This document shows, in pieces, positions 9,628 to 17,601 of a stretch of 59,452 nucleotides of DNA. The DNA is taken from the IMG/VR virus record IMGVR_UViG_3300037961_003462, positions 1 to 59,452 of that record; one strand, given 5' to 3'. The first letter of the stretch is position 1; the number at the start of each line of letters is the position of its first letter. The DNA is from a virus. Taxonomy: Duplodnaviria; Caudoviricetes. The translations under genes were made by a program, and so were the position numbers. The notes under the pieces were generated by a model, which worked only from the letters and a program-made list of their open reading frames with translations, was not told the DNA's origin and did no database searches.

Positions 9628-10097
9628 CGCAGGGCTAAAATAGTAGAGGCTGTTGTTCCTGTTGATTTAACTCTTGTAACCTGAACAGGTACAAATGTCC
9701 CTGCCGGCAATCCTGTAAACTTAACTTCGTCACCACCTGATGTAATAACCGTAGCGTCTCCTGCTGTTCCAACGTAGAGAACACACGCAGAGGCCTTGTC
9801 TGGAACTGAGAATATTGTGTAAGCCTCACTATTTGCCATAATGTTAGCGGATATACTTAAAACAGTATCGCTATCTATTGCTGTAACAGTTGCTATGGTA
9901 TCGTCAGTAGTGTTATGAATAATATCACCAACCTTGACGTTTAGGTTGTTAAAGTTTTGACTTGTATCTGTTAGTTTAGACGATGTGCCAGCTGTATCTG
10001 TACTACTAGCTAATGCAAACCCTGGGTCTGGAATATCTATAGTATCACTAGGTACAACAAGGTTTGCTCTTTCTGTTTGTAATTTCTGGTATGCCAT
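9624..10097 (-). CDS. Head spike base protein (RcGTA Rcc01079-like) with inserted beta domain
   Basis: VVPSDT...LYVGTAGDATV...VKFTGLPAGTFVPVQVTRVKSTGTTA motif. Confidence 0.65.
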   Translation of the reverse strand: MAYQKLQTERANLVVPSDTIDIPDPGFALASSTDTAGTSSKLTDTSQNFNNLNVKVGDIIHNTTDDTIATVTAIDSDTVLSISANIMANSEAYTIFSVPDKASACVLYVGTAGDATVITSGGDEVKFTGLPAGTFVPVQVTRVKSTGTTASTILALR

Positions 10098-10101
10098 ATC
10101 G

Positions 10102-10109
10102 CAAAGTTA
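10102..10109 (-). promoter_or_regulatory. -7 promoter element TAACTTTG, 4 nt before ATG 10097
   Basis: Consensus TAnnTTTG. Confidence 0.6.
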
Positions 10110-10110
10110 A

Positions 10111-10269
10111 CTATTTTCTATTATACGGAAACAGCCTGTTCAGCGTATCTCTACGCTCACCACATCCACAAGGTTTACCTGTTACCTCAGATGCCTTTTC
10201 GACAACCTTCTTGATCCCCGTGGCCTTAGTGAACTTCTCTATGCTATCTCCTAATCCTTTTGACTTCAT
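10111..10269 (-). CDS. Small basic protein with CGC motif (52 aa)
   Basis: MKSKGLGDSIEKFTKATGIKK...KPCGCGERRDTLNRLFPYNRK, translated by hand. Confidence 0.7.
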   Translation of the reverse strand: MKSKGLGDSIEKFTKATGIKKVVEKASEVTGKPCGCGERRDTLNRLFPYNRK

Positions 10270-10559
10270 CAGTACTTTCCTTTTCTACTCTTTGGTGAAG
10301 ACTTCGTTGATCCGCCTTTACCGGCCCAAAGAGTTTTACATGCCCAATATCGAGCAGTCAATTTGTCTTTTGCTGTAGAGCATTTATGTCTTGCTCTAAA
10401 CGACTTCCTTGCCGCAGCAGAATAGTTGTGCCCATATCCCTTAGCACCAAAATGTATTAGCTTCTCCTTGCCACCTGAGCAAGCCTTAACCATTTTCTTC
10501 TTCCCAGCCCTGTCTGAGGGTCTAGGTTTATTACATGCCATTTTGGATTTGTCCGCCAT
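10269..10559 (-). CDS. Lys/Arg-rich hypothetical protein
   Basis: KLIHFGAKG...SFRARHKC...TARYWAC motif. Confidence 0.75.
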   Translation of the reverse strand: MADKSKMACNKPRPSDRAGKKKMVKACSGGKEKLIHFGAKGYGHNYSAAARKSFRARHKCSTAKDKLTARYWACKTLWAGKGGSTKSSPKSRKGKY

Positions 10560-10733
10560 CTACTCTATAAGTGACTTTACAGCTGACCAAAGTTTAACGC
10601 AAGCAATGCCTAATCCAGCACCACCAATAACTGTTACGCCTTTAGCCAATAAAACTCCTGCAATAATTGCAGCATACAATGCTACCGCTAAGTCGCTAGT
10701 AGCCCATTTTAATATTTCGTTTAATTTTCTCAT
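10560..10733 (-). CDS. Small two-helix membrane protein (57 aa)
   Basis: MRKLNEILKWATSDLAVALYAAIIAGVLLAKGVTVIGGAGLGIACVKLW, translated by hand; TATCTTTA element 4 nt upstream. Confidence 0.65.
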   Translation of the reverse strand: MRKLNEILKWATSDLAVALYAAIIAGVLLAKGVTVIGGAGLGIACVKLWSAVKSLIE

Positions 10734-10749
10734 ACCCTAAAGATAGTGA

Positions 10750-11043
10750 TTATGTTTTTTTATGTTTCCGCCTTATGGCTTCTTTACCTCTCTTAAATAT
10801 TCTGACGACCTCAGACTTACCCATAACCTTAGCCCTCTGCTCCCCTACGGTTAGTATTTGAATTTTTCTTGCGAACGGCTTCTTAATTTTTTTAACCTTA
10901 GCAACAGTAGCACGAGCATCACTAGGAGTCGCAAATTTAATTCTGACAGTATCTTTCGGATTTTCATCTGTATATAGTCTTCTACCTGAACCCTTAGGCT
11001 TTTTGCCTGTCCCCACTCTAGGGTCTTTCTTTTTTCTAGGCAT
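10750..11043 (-). CDS. Lys/Arg-rich hypothetical protein
   Basis: GTGKKPKGSGRRLYTDENPKDTV. Confidence 0.75.
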   Translation of the reverse strand: MPRKKKDPRVGTGKKPKGSGRRLYTDENPKDTVRIKFATPSDARATVAKVKKIKKPFARKIQILTVGEQRAKVMGKSEVVRIFKRGKEAIRRKHKKT

Positions 11044-11045
11044 AC

Positions 11046-11297
11046 TTATCTAGTATACTTTTTAGTCACTCTTCCTGCACGAGTATTTGCAACCACAGTC
11101 TTCCCTTTTGCGCCCGCACGTTTCTTTTTCCTTGCAGTGGCAGCACGTTCCGCCTTGCTCATGCTTCGAGCTTTCTTTAGAGGAAGACAACGATCTGGGT
11201 TCTTCTTGTCCTTGCTCGTTCCGCAAGCTCCCAATATCGACCCGTCCGTTCCTATCCTTACCCATTTCTGTTCCCTCCATTTTTTAAGCTCTCCCAT
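11046..11297 (-). CDS. Lys/Arg-rich protein (DUF5872-like)
   Basis: MGELKKWREQKWVRI...CG...CLP...MSKAERAATARKKKRA; ATG 11297. Confidence 0.7.
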   Translation of the reverse strand: MGELKKWREQKWVRIGTDGSILGACGTSKDKKNPDRCLPLKKARSMSKAERAATARKKKRAGAKGKTVVANTRAGRVTKKYTR

Positions 11298-11415
11298 TTT
11301 TCTTTTTCTTCTTTCTGTTGCTCTTGCGTAGAGCCTTGAAATCTTCAGATGTAATCTTGTCGTATGGCTTTGCCATCTTAGCAATCTTTTGCTGTGCTGG
11401 TGTTAACTTTTTCAT
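11284..11415 (-). CDS. Small basic protein (43 aa)
   Basis: MKKLTPAQQKIAKMAKPYDKITSEDFKALRK; ATGA overlap with upstream gene. Confidence 0.65.
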   Translation of the reverse strand: MKKLTPAQQKIAKMAKPYDKITSEDFKALRKSNRKKKKKNGRA

Positions 11416-11579
11416 TGCTTCTTTCTTTTTGCACCCTTAGCATAGTTAGGGTCTTTACAATACTTAGAAGCCGCCATGTTCGCATACGCTGATGGATATG
11501 TGTCAAACGTTCTCTTAGCCCAGGCTATGCCTTCTGGACAAATTTTGTTTCCTTTCTTTTTTGTTCTTCCTTTTGCCAT
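11412..11579 (-). CDS. Small basic protein (55 aa)
   Basis: MAKGRTKKKGNKICPEGIAWAKRTFDTYPSAYANMAASKYCK, translated by hand. Confidence 0.7.
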   Translation of the reverse strand: MAKGRTKKKGNKICPEGIAWAKRTFDTYPSAYANMAASKYCKDPNYAKGAKRKKQ

Positions 11580-11821
11580 TATGCTCTTCCTCTGTTTCTT
11601 GCTCTGTTTTTACTTTGGCATTCCAAGAACGTAGATCCGTCTTTTCTGTGAGACACATCCTTCTTGTCGCCATTGCCATAAGTACCTCTCTTCCTATTCT
11701 CCTTATTAAGTAAACTCCTTTTCCTAATCTGCTTCTTCTGCTTGTTATACTTCTTTTGATACTCAAGCCTTTTCTTGCGAGCCTTAGGATTTTTCTTATA
11801 ATATTCTGAGGTTCTACTCAT
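11579..11821 (-). CDS. Basic protein, degenerate HNH-like
   Basis: GDKKDVSHRKDG...SKNRARN. Confidence 0.65.
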   Translation of the reverse strand: MSRTSEYYKKNPKARKKRLEYQKKYNKQKKQIRKRSLLNKENRKRGTYGNGDKKDVSHRKDGSTFLECQSKNRARNRGRA

Positions 11822-11838
11822 ATCTTAGCAAAGATATG
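11819..11838. promoter_or_regulatory. Near-palindromic bidirectional promoter between divergent start codons
   Basis: CATATCTTAGCAAAGATATG carries TATCTTAG (+) and TATCTTTG (-). Confidence 0.6.
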
Positions 11839-12258
11839 GAAAATACACTTAAGTACTGGAAGCCCGTCCGAGAATGGATGAAAGCCAAGCATGGCTTACT
11901 ACAAGCCGATTTAGATATGCTTCTATTCCTTTATGACGAGGGAACATTCAAGCAGTCAGATATAAAGAACTTCAGCAAACTATTATCGTGGGATAAGTCA
12001 AGACAAACCCGGCTAATGGATAGCGGTTGGATCAAGATGGTTATGAAGGGTAAGAAGATTAAAGACACTACCTACCGAATGACAGTAAAAGGCAAGTTGG
12101 CTATAAATGAAATGTACAAACGCCTTAACGGAGAGGTGTTCGACGAGTCGAACGCCCTCTACCGTAATGACGCTGGTTACCAAGCCAAAAGATATCGCAG
12201 GTTTATTGAGAAGCTGAATCAGGAGCGCATACAATTACAGCGTCACGGTCACGTATAA
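11836..12258 (+). CDS. MarR-like winged-helix DNA-binding protein
   Basis: GLLQADLDMLLFLY...LMDSGWI...YRMTVKGK; the only plus-strand gene in the late block. Confidence 0.65.
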   Translation: MENTLKYWKPVREWMKAKHGLLQADLDMLLFLYDEGTFKQSDIKNFSKLLSWDKSRQTRLMDSGWIKMVMKGKKIKDTTYRMTVKGKLAINEMYKRLNGEVFDESNALYRNDAGYQAKRYRRFIEKLNQERIQLQRHGHV

Positions 12259-12481
12259 CGGTGATAACCATACCGTCAAACATGGCATCATGGCCTGCGC
12301 TCTTGTCGTAGTAAATAACATCACCCTCCTTTACGCAGGTGACTTTATCTCCAGCTCCTAGCACAACCCCTTTGTTGTATCTGAAGTGCAGTGCATCGTC
12401 CTCAGACAATAATAAACCGCTCTCGTTCTTGAGCTCTTCCTGAATCTTCTCGATTATTACGTAGTTATTCACCGCTTTCAT
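12203..12481 (-). CDS. groES: Co-chaperonin GroES
   Basis: YVIIE...ESGLLLS...GVVLGAG...VKEGDVIYY; directly after groEL. Confidence 0.85.
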   Translation of the reverse strand: MKAVNNYVIIEKIQEELKNESGLLLSEDDALHFRYNKGVVLGAGDKVTCVKEGDVIYYDKSAGHDAMFDGMVITVIRDRDAVIVCAPDSASQ

Positions 12482-14054
12482 ATGTTCTTGCTAAAGTTAC
12501 TATTGCATTTGTACTAAGTATTGTCGTGGCAACCGACACTGCGTTGCGCAATGCGTTCTTCGTCACCTTTGCCGGATCAACAATCCCCATATCAATCATG
12601 TTCCCATACTGATTGTTCTTTACGTCGTACCCCTGCACACCTCCAAAGACCCCGCCATCAATAATGTCGTCTAGATCGTGCCCTGCATTATCTAGTATCT
12701 GAGTGATAGGAGCCGTAAGCGAGTTGCACATAATCTTACATGCTACACTAGTCTCATCATCTCCATCAACTTCGCACACGTTATTGTACAGTGCAATCCC
12801 TCCACCAGGCAATATTCCCTCTTCTAGGGCTGATTTTACCGCACATACAGCGTCATCTACCCTGTCATAGAGCTCTTTTTGCTCCAAATCTGAGTTACCA
12901 CCCACATAAATCACCCCAATGGCTCCCTGGAGCCCCGCAATGCGCTTAGAAATGAAGTCCTTGTCCTGTTTTTTATGTGCTTCCTCTCTTTGAACCTCTA
13001 ATTCTTCTACTCTCTGCTTGATTTCGTCGTTATACTCTTCGCTTCTTATGATAATTGTCTTATCACGACCCACAATAACCTTTTCTGCGTGCCCTAAGTC
13101 GCCATAATTCGCAAATTGTATGTTATCACCCGTCTGTTCAGACAAATATGTAGCCCCAAGAGCCAATGCAATGTCTCCCATGAGCTCATGCTTACGATAT
13201 CCGAAGTCAGGTGGTATGATATTACAGAATTTTAGTCCATTCCTGACCACATTGGCTGCTAAGGTGTTAATAACGTTCTGTGAGCACGTACCGATAATCA
13301 AAAGTTTCTTCTGTTCATTGATAACTTGCTTCAAAACACCTTCTATACTGATAAGATTCGATATCTCTTGGTCTGTTACAAGAACATGCACGTCTTCTAG
13401 TATGCACTCGTCCCTTCTTTGGTCGTTCACAAACAACGGAGAGGTGTATCCTCTATCAAGCTGGATTCCGTGGGTGACCTCTGAGGTAGTATCTGATGTC
13501 TGACTCTTCTCTACGGTAACAACTCCGTTCTTCAACCCTACCTTCTTGTAGGTGTCGGCAATAACCTTACCTATTTCCTCATCATTGTTAGCAGATATAG
13601 TAGCTACATCTTGCAACTTCTTTTGGTTTACCCTGATTGACTGATGATCTAGATACTTTATTATCTCCTCAGCCTTCTTGTTAAGGGCTCTTAGAACTTC
13701 CGTCACATTATGGTGGGGCTCAATCAGCCTTAGTCCCTCTTTCACTATGGCTTCCGTAAGGACGATGGCTGTTGTAGTTCCATCACCAGACGATAGGGCC
13801 GTCCTATCGGCTGCTTCCCTTACCATGCGAACAGCGAGATTCTCGACAGGGTCGAGGAGGTCGATGGAGCGAGCCACGGTGACTCCGTCCTTCGTGACTG
13901 TAATGCCATGCGTATGCTCGTTAGATTCTATCAGTACTGTGTTACCTCTCGGACCGAGAGTTGACTTGACCGCTTTAGCGATCTGTTCTATGCCACTAAC
14001 TAGACGTTCACGTCCTTCCTGGTCAAAGCACAGGTTCTTTGGTTGGTAATTCAT
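12465..14054 (-). CDS. groEL: Chaperonin GroEL
   Basis: TLGPRG, TKDGVTVA, GDGTTT, EEGILPGGG, IVDPAKVT motifs. Confidence 0.95.
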   Translation of the reverse strand: MNYQPKNLCFDQEGRERLVSGIEQIAKAVKSTLGPRGNTVLIESNEHTHGITVTKDGVTVARSIDLLDPVENLAVRMVREAADRTALSSGDGTTTAIVLTEAIVKEGLRLIEPHHNVTEVLRALNKKAEEIIKYLDHQSIRVNQKKLQDVATISANNDEEIGKVIADTYKKVGLKNGVVTVEKSQTSDTTSEVTHGIQLDRGYTSPLFVNDQRRDECILEDVHVLVTDQEISNLISIEGVLKQVINEQKKLLIIGTCSQNVINTLAANVVRNGLKFCNIIPPDFGYRKHELMGDIALALGATYLSEQTGDNIQFANYGDLGHAEKVIVGRDKTIIIRSEEYNDEIKQRVEELEVQREEAHKKQDKDFISKRIAGLQGAIGVIYVGGNSDLEQKELYDRVDDAVCAVKSALEEGILPGGGIALYNNVCEVDGDDETSVACKIMCNSLTAPITQILDNAGHDLDDIIDGGVFGGVQGYDVKNNQYGNMIDMGIVDPAKVTKNALRNAVSVATTILSTNAIVTLARTYESGE

Positions 14055-14092
14055 ATTAGATTTAATTTATGCCACTAATATAGAAATAAAAC

Positions 14093-14265
14093 ATGACGAC
14101 CTGACAACTTTTTTCCACGATACACTCTCTTATATATTTATTCTTCAAATATTTTTTTAATACTAATTTTTTGACTACTAAAGTCGTCATCTTGTCATAA
14201 ATGTTGATATATAAGGATTCTATCATCATAAAGTCGTCATAAAATATGATAACTTTCGTCATAAT
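14093..14265. repeat. Iteron-like array (TCGTCAT/ATGACGA units around an AT-rich core), copy 1
   Basis: Units at 14093 and 14101 (inverted) and about 14183, 14192, 14223, 14233, 14256 (direct). Confidence 0.75.
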
Positions 14266-14268
14266 ACT

Positions 14269-14342
14269 GCTCCTATAGCTCAACTGGATAGAGCAACTGC
14301 CTTCTAAGCAGTAGGTTTCAGGTTCGAGTCCTGATGGGAGTA
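14269..14342 (+). tRNA. tRNA-Arg (anticodon TCT)
   Basis: Full cloverleaf: GCTCCTA/TGGGAGT acceptor, ACTGC-CTTCTAA-GCAGT anticodon arm, TCAGG-TTCGAGT-CCTGA T-arm; CCA not encoded. Confidence 0.95.
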
Positions 14343-14355
14343 CAGAGAAAAAACT

Positions 14356-14538
14356 ATGGAAGATCAAGTATCAATTGTAATCGAAGGTGAGCCCGGAGGA
14401 CTGATGTCTTTCCAGTTTACCGGAACTAGGAAGCAACTTATTGATATATTGTATTCCGCAATGAGGGAGGATCAGGATATATATTTCTTACTTACTGAAG
14501 CATGTCATCACTATGAAACGCATCTTTCAGGTAATTAA
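14356..14538 (+). CDS. Hypothetical protein
   Basis: ORF after tRNA with A-rich start context. Confidence 0.6.
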   Translation: MEDQVSIVIEGEPGGLMSFQFTGTRKQLIDILYSAMREDQDIYFLLTEACHHYETHLSGN

Positions 14539-14761
14539 TATTTTTCTACTTACGTCTTGTTGTTACGGGCAACATTCGTATTTTGGATTGACGCAAGAGC
14601 AACTTATGAGGGAATCTAAGCGTGACGGATATAGGGTTATGACTCAGCTGATAGACAGCACGATAGTCTATACGCTTACAAATGATTGGGGCACGATAAG
14701 GGTAGCCTATGATCCAAGCTCCAAGTTGCCATCATACATAATATATAGAGAAGATGAATAA
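14513..14761 (+). CDS. Hypothetical protein with signal-peptide-like N-terminus
   Basis: MKRIFQVINIFLLTSCC. Confidence 0.55.
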   Translation: MKRIFQVINIFLLTSCCYGQHSYFGLTQEQLMRESKRDGYRVMTQLIDSTIVYTLTNDWGTIRVAYDPSSKLPSYIIYREDE

Positions 14762-15398
14762 CATACTAACCATAGCTGTGGGAATATTGTTGATTGATAT
14801 TGCCATACTATTTCATAATAGAGATAAGTTTACAACGGATTCTTTTTTATGTGTAGGAGAGGAGGTTACAGATACCGTTCAGGTTGAAGAGCCTCCTCTT
14901 TTTTTGGACACTATGTACAATGACTATTGTCCGTATATACACTACAGACACGACAGTACGGTTGACTCTATAACACTACACTTAGATTCGTTTGAGTTCC
15001 ACTCAACGGGCCATGTGTCTAGTGGCTATGGATGGAGATGGGGTAGGATGCACTACGGGATAGACTATGCAGGATGTAACCGGGACACCTCCAGATCCGT
15101 ATGGGATGGAGTAGTGCGTTATGCTGAGACGGGGTACAATGGTGGGTACGGGAACTTAGTTGTGGTGAGACACTTCAATGGCTTGGAGACTTACTACGCT
15201 CATCACTGGTCGCTGCTAGTAGAAGAGGGTGACACCCTGAGCGCAGGCGAGGGGATAGGTATAATTGGTTCGACGGGTAGGTCTACGGGGCCGCACCTTC
15301 ACTTTGAGGTTCGGTTCCTAGGCGTGCCTGTGAATCCTGATGTTGTACAGACTGACACCTTAACATTAATAAAAAACAGATACGACTATGGGGTATAA
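14754..15398 (+). CDS. M23 family peptidoglycan endopeptidase with N-terminal membrane anchor
   Basis: HYGID, YYAH, GRSTGPHLHFEVR. Confidence 0.9.
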   Translation: MNNILTIAVGILLIDIAILFHNRDKFTTDSFLCVGEEVTDTVQVEEPPLFLDTMYNDYCPYIHYRHDSTVDSITLHLDSFEFHSTGHVSSGYGWRWGRMHYGIDYAGCNRDTSRSVWDGVVRYAETGYNGGYGNLVVVRHFNGLETYYAHHWSLLVEEGDTLSAGEGIGIIGSTGRSTGPHLHFEVRFLGVPVNPDVVQTDTLTLIKNRYDYGV

Positions 15399-15588
15399 GA
15401 TATTAAAGGAAGTATACGTAGGGCCAAAGTCCATAAACGTGTACATGCTAAATGGAATGAGTGAGGTGCTTCAGATTGAGAGAGCTAGCGAAGCGATGGA
15501 ACTTCTTAATATTCTTAATCGAAACTCTGATAATAATACAACCTATAAACTAGTGCCATGCAAAATCCAAGATGGGACGAAAGTATAA
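15388..15588 (+). CDS. Hypothetical protein
   Basis: Overlapping-operon ORF. Confidence 0.6.
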   Translation: MGYKILKEVYVGPKSINVYMLNGMSEVLQIERASEAMELLNILNRNSDNNTTYKLVPCKIQDGTKV

Positions 15589-15740
15589 CTCCGTTTATAC
15601 AGTCGGCCAAAAACAGGGCTGCATCGTCTGAAAGATATTATATTGCAGCAAAAATCAATGATATCATAAGCAAGTCTAAAGATGATAGGCAGGCAATTAA
15701 CTTAATAATAAACTATATAAATGGCTTACATAGAATCTAG
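15558..15740 (+). CDS. Hypothetical protein
   Basis: Overlapping-operon ORF. Confidence 0.5.
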   Translation: MQNPRWDESITPFIQSAKNRAASSERYYIAAKINDIISKSKDDRQAINLIINYINGLHRI

Positions 15741-16371
15741 CTTCCCACCTGTAGATGTGTGGGTACGTGCTGAATACTTATACGATATGAAATCTCACCA
15801 CGGTGAGTTCTTCCTAGGGCGAATTGTATCCGTTAGATGCTTGCCGGGTCAAGTGCCCCTGTTCCAGGTTCTTCTTGAGAATGGCGTAATGAGAGATAAA
15901 CTTCCGTGCTCTGCACTGATAGATAAGGATGCTAATCCCCATGATGTGCCACATATGCCGTTTCACCAACTTTGTCTATGGAATAGTTTCAGTAAGACAT
16001 TCTCCGTTGTGGAGTTGGCATATATAGCAGATGCGACAGCATCGGTGTTTATGAAGGACCGTAAATGGTATGATGGCGAATACCTATGTACAATACAATG
16101 GGCATGTGAGACAAATGAGAATGCTGACCTCACGCTAAGTGAAACTCCTCACGAACATAAGTCGCATCACATAATAATACTAGACAACGGGTGTTTTGCT
16201 CTGCAACCTAACAATAGGGTGCGGTGGATCGAACCATCATTCACCACGAAAGATTTTCCAAAGAAGCCTGACTACAAGGTATGCACCCAGACATACAATG
16301 CTGAGGGGCACGAGAAGTGGATAACCGAAGACAGTGATAACTACTTCTATACTACTTGCTCAGTGATTTAA
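15721..16371 (+). CDS. Conserved marine-phage hypothetical protein
   Basis: WVRAEYLYD...HEHKSHH...LDNGCFALQPNNRVRW motif. Confidence 0.75.
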   Translation: MAYIESSFPPVDVWVRAEYLYDMKSHHGEFFLGRIVSVRCLPGQVPLFQVLLENGVMRDKLPCSALIDKDANPHDVPHMPFHQLCLWNSFSKTFSVVELAYIADATASVFMKDRKWYDGEYLCTIQWACETNENADLTLSETPHEHKSHHIIILDNGCFALQPNNRVRWIEPSFTTKDFPKKPDYKVCTQTYNAEGHEKWITEDSDNYFYTTCSVI

Positions 16372-16531
16372 TATCGTCCAGCATGTCTTTGCGACGCATT
16401 GCATCTACCATCATAGAGATCTTCTCTTGTCTCTTAATAGCTTTCTTCATGAGGGCCATTCTCTGCAACCCTGTAATTGAATCAGGCCTGTCATTGATTA
16501 ACCTGCCGTTCTGAATTCGCAATCCTTCCAT
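16352..16531 (-). CDS. Hypothetical protein (59 aa)
   Basis: MEGLRIQNGRLINDRP; TACCTTTA element at 16546-16553. Confidence 0.6.
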   Translation of the reverse strand: MEGLRIQNGRLINDRPDSITGLQRMALMKKAIKRQEKISMMVDAMRRKDMLDDIKSLSK

Positions 16532-17048
16532 TGTCTTTGTTTTTGTAAAGGTATAAAATTCACGAGACACCCGTAGTTTTCGGGTTATATATAGATTTTT
16601 TATTTTTTTTTATTTTTTAGAACTGACCCCCCTATTGCGATTTTTTTTACCAAACAAACGTTTGTTTTGTAATTTTTGTCGTTTTTATTGGACACCTTGT
16701 TATCGTGTTGATAACTTTATTTTTTTATGTCCTAGATTTTTTGTATTCGTGACGTTCGAAGTTTTACGTTCACAATCATCAAAGTTTTGCGCCAAAGTTT
16801 TACGTAAATCATGACCGAAAAGTTCAGCACAAATTCTATTCAATTTTACTTCGACGTTTTACGTTTTTTTCGTCGCACATTTCGATACATAGTATAGCCA
16901 CATTCCACACGTATACACGTACATTTTCGGTCTCCCCAGAAAACATATGTGCATTTTTTTGAAATTTTTTTTACCACTTAATTAATTGAATATCAAAGAT
17001 TTACATCGATTCACTCAATACCTTTTGAAATTTTTTTTTGCAAAAAGG

Positions 17049-17080
17049 TTGCATAAGTGAAAAGTATTCGTATATCTTTG
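17049..17080 (+). promoter_or_regulatory. Major early promoter (Bacteroidota -33 TTG / -7 TATCTTTG, 21-nt spacer)
   Basis: TTG 17049-17051 and TATCTTTG 17073-17080. Confidence 0.75.
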
Positions 17081-17600
17081 TATTGCATTGCGGAGGTGGG
17101 ATTGGCAAGGTGCTCTAATAATCTTGATATTATTTCTTTTGGTATCTCTAAGGGTTATTAATCACCACTCAGTCACGGAGAAAGCAATATAGTTTTTTAA
17201 CATCTTGAATAGTACACGTTAGGAGAACGAGACCTAGACCAATATGTCACGCAAGGGCATTTAGGCGATAGGGAATATGAAGTACTTTATCGATATCATT
17301 CTTGCCTATGGTCACGCAAGGGCCATGTCAAAAGGTTTGAATGATTGCGTTTGTTGGAGGATAATCCAACAGATAAAAAGGAAAAGATTTAGGAAAAGTA
17401 TTCCGCTATCTAGGTAGGAGTAAATTATCAATGGGAAAGTGTACAACGCTTGTGACGAATGAAGGCGGCGTTAATAGTCATTCACTAGATAGCCAATGGG
17501 AGGCAACATCCGAAAAGGAACACTCAACACGAAAGTTCGAGGTTAAGTTTATCTGTTACTTAGAATATCCCATCACAAGAAAATTATTTCTTAGGTCTTA
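17081..17600 (+). ncRNA. Putative large structured RNA or leader
   Basis: No credible ORF; many nested helices and GNRA-capped hairpins found by eye (see findings). Confidence 0.6.
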
Positions 17601-17601
17601 C

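Noticed and set aside
14093-14265. CRISPR array
   Set aside because: Units are only 7-11 nt, partly inverted, without regular unique spacers; no cas genes.
14062-14367. Minus-strand 101-aa ORF, with similar translation in 26995-27285 (YDDFM...YDxxTTL)
   Set aside because: The apparent paralogy comes from translating the two iteron arrays; the first ORF is also antisense to the tRNA and the second to the primase start.
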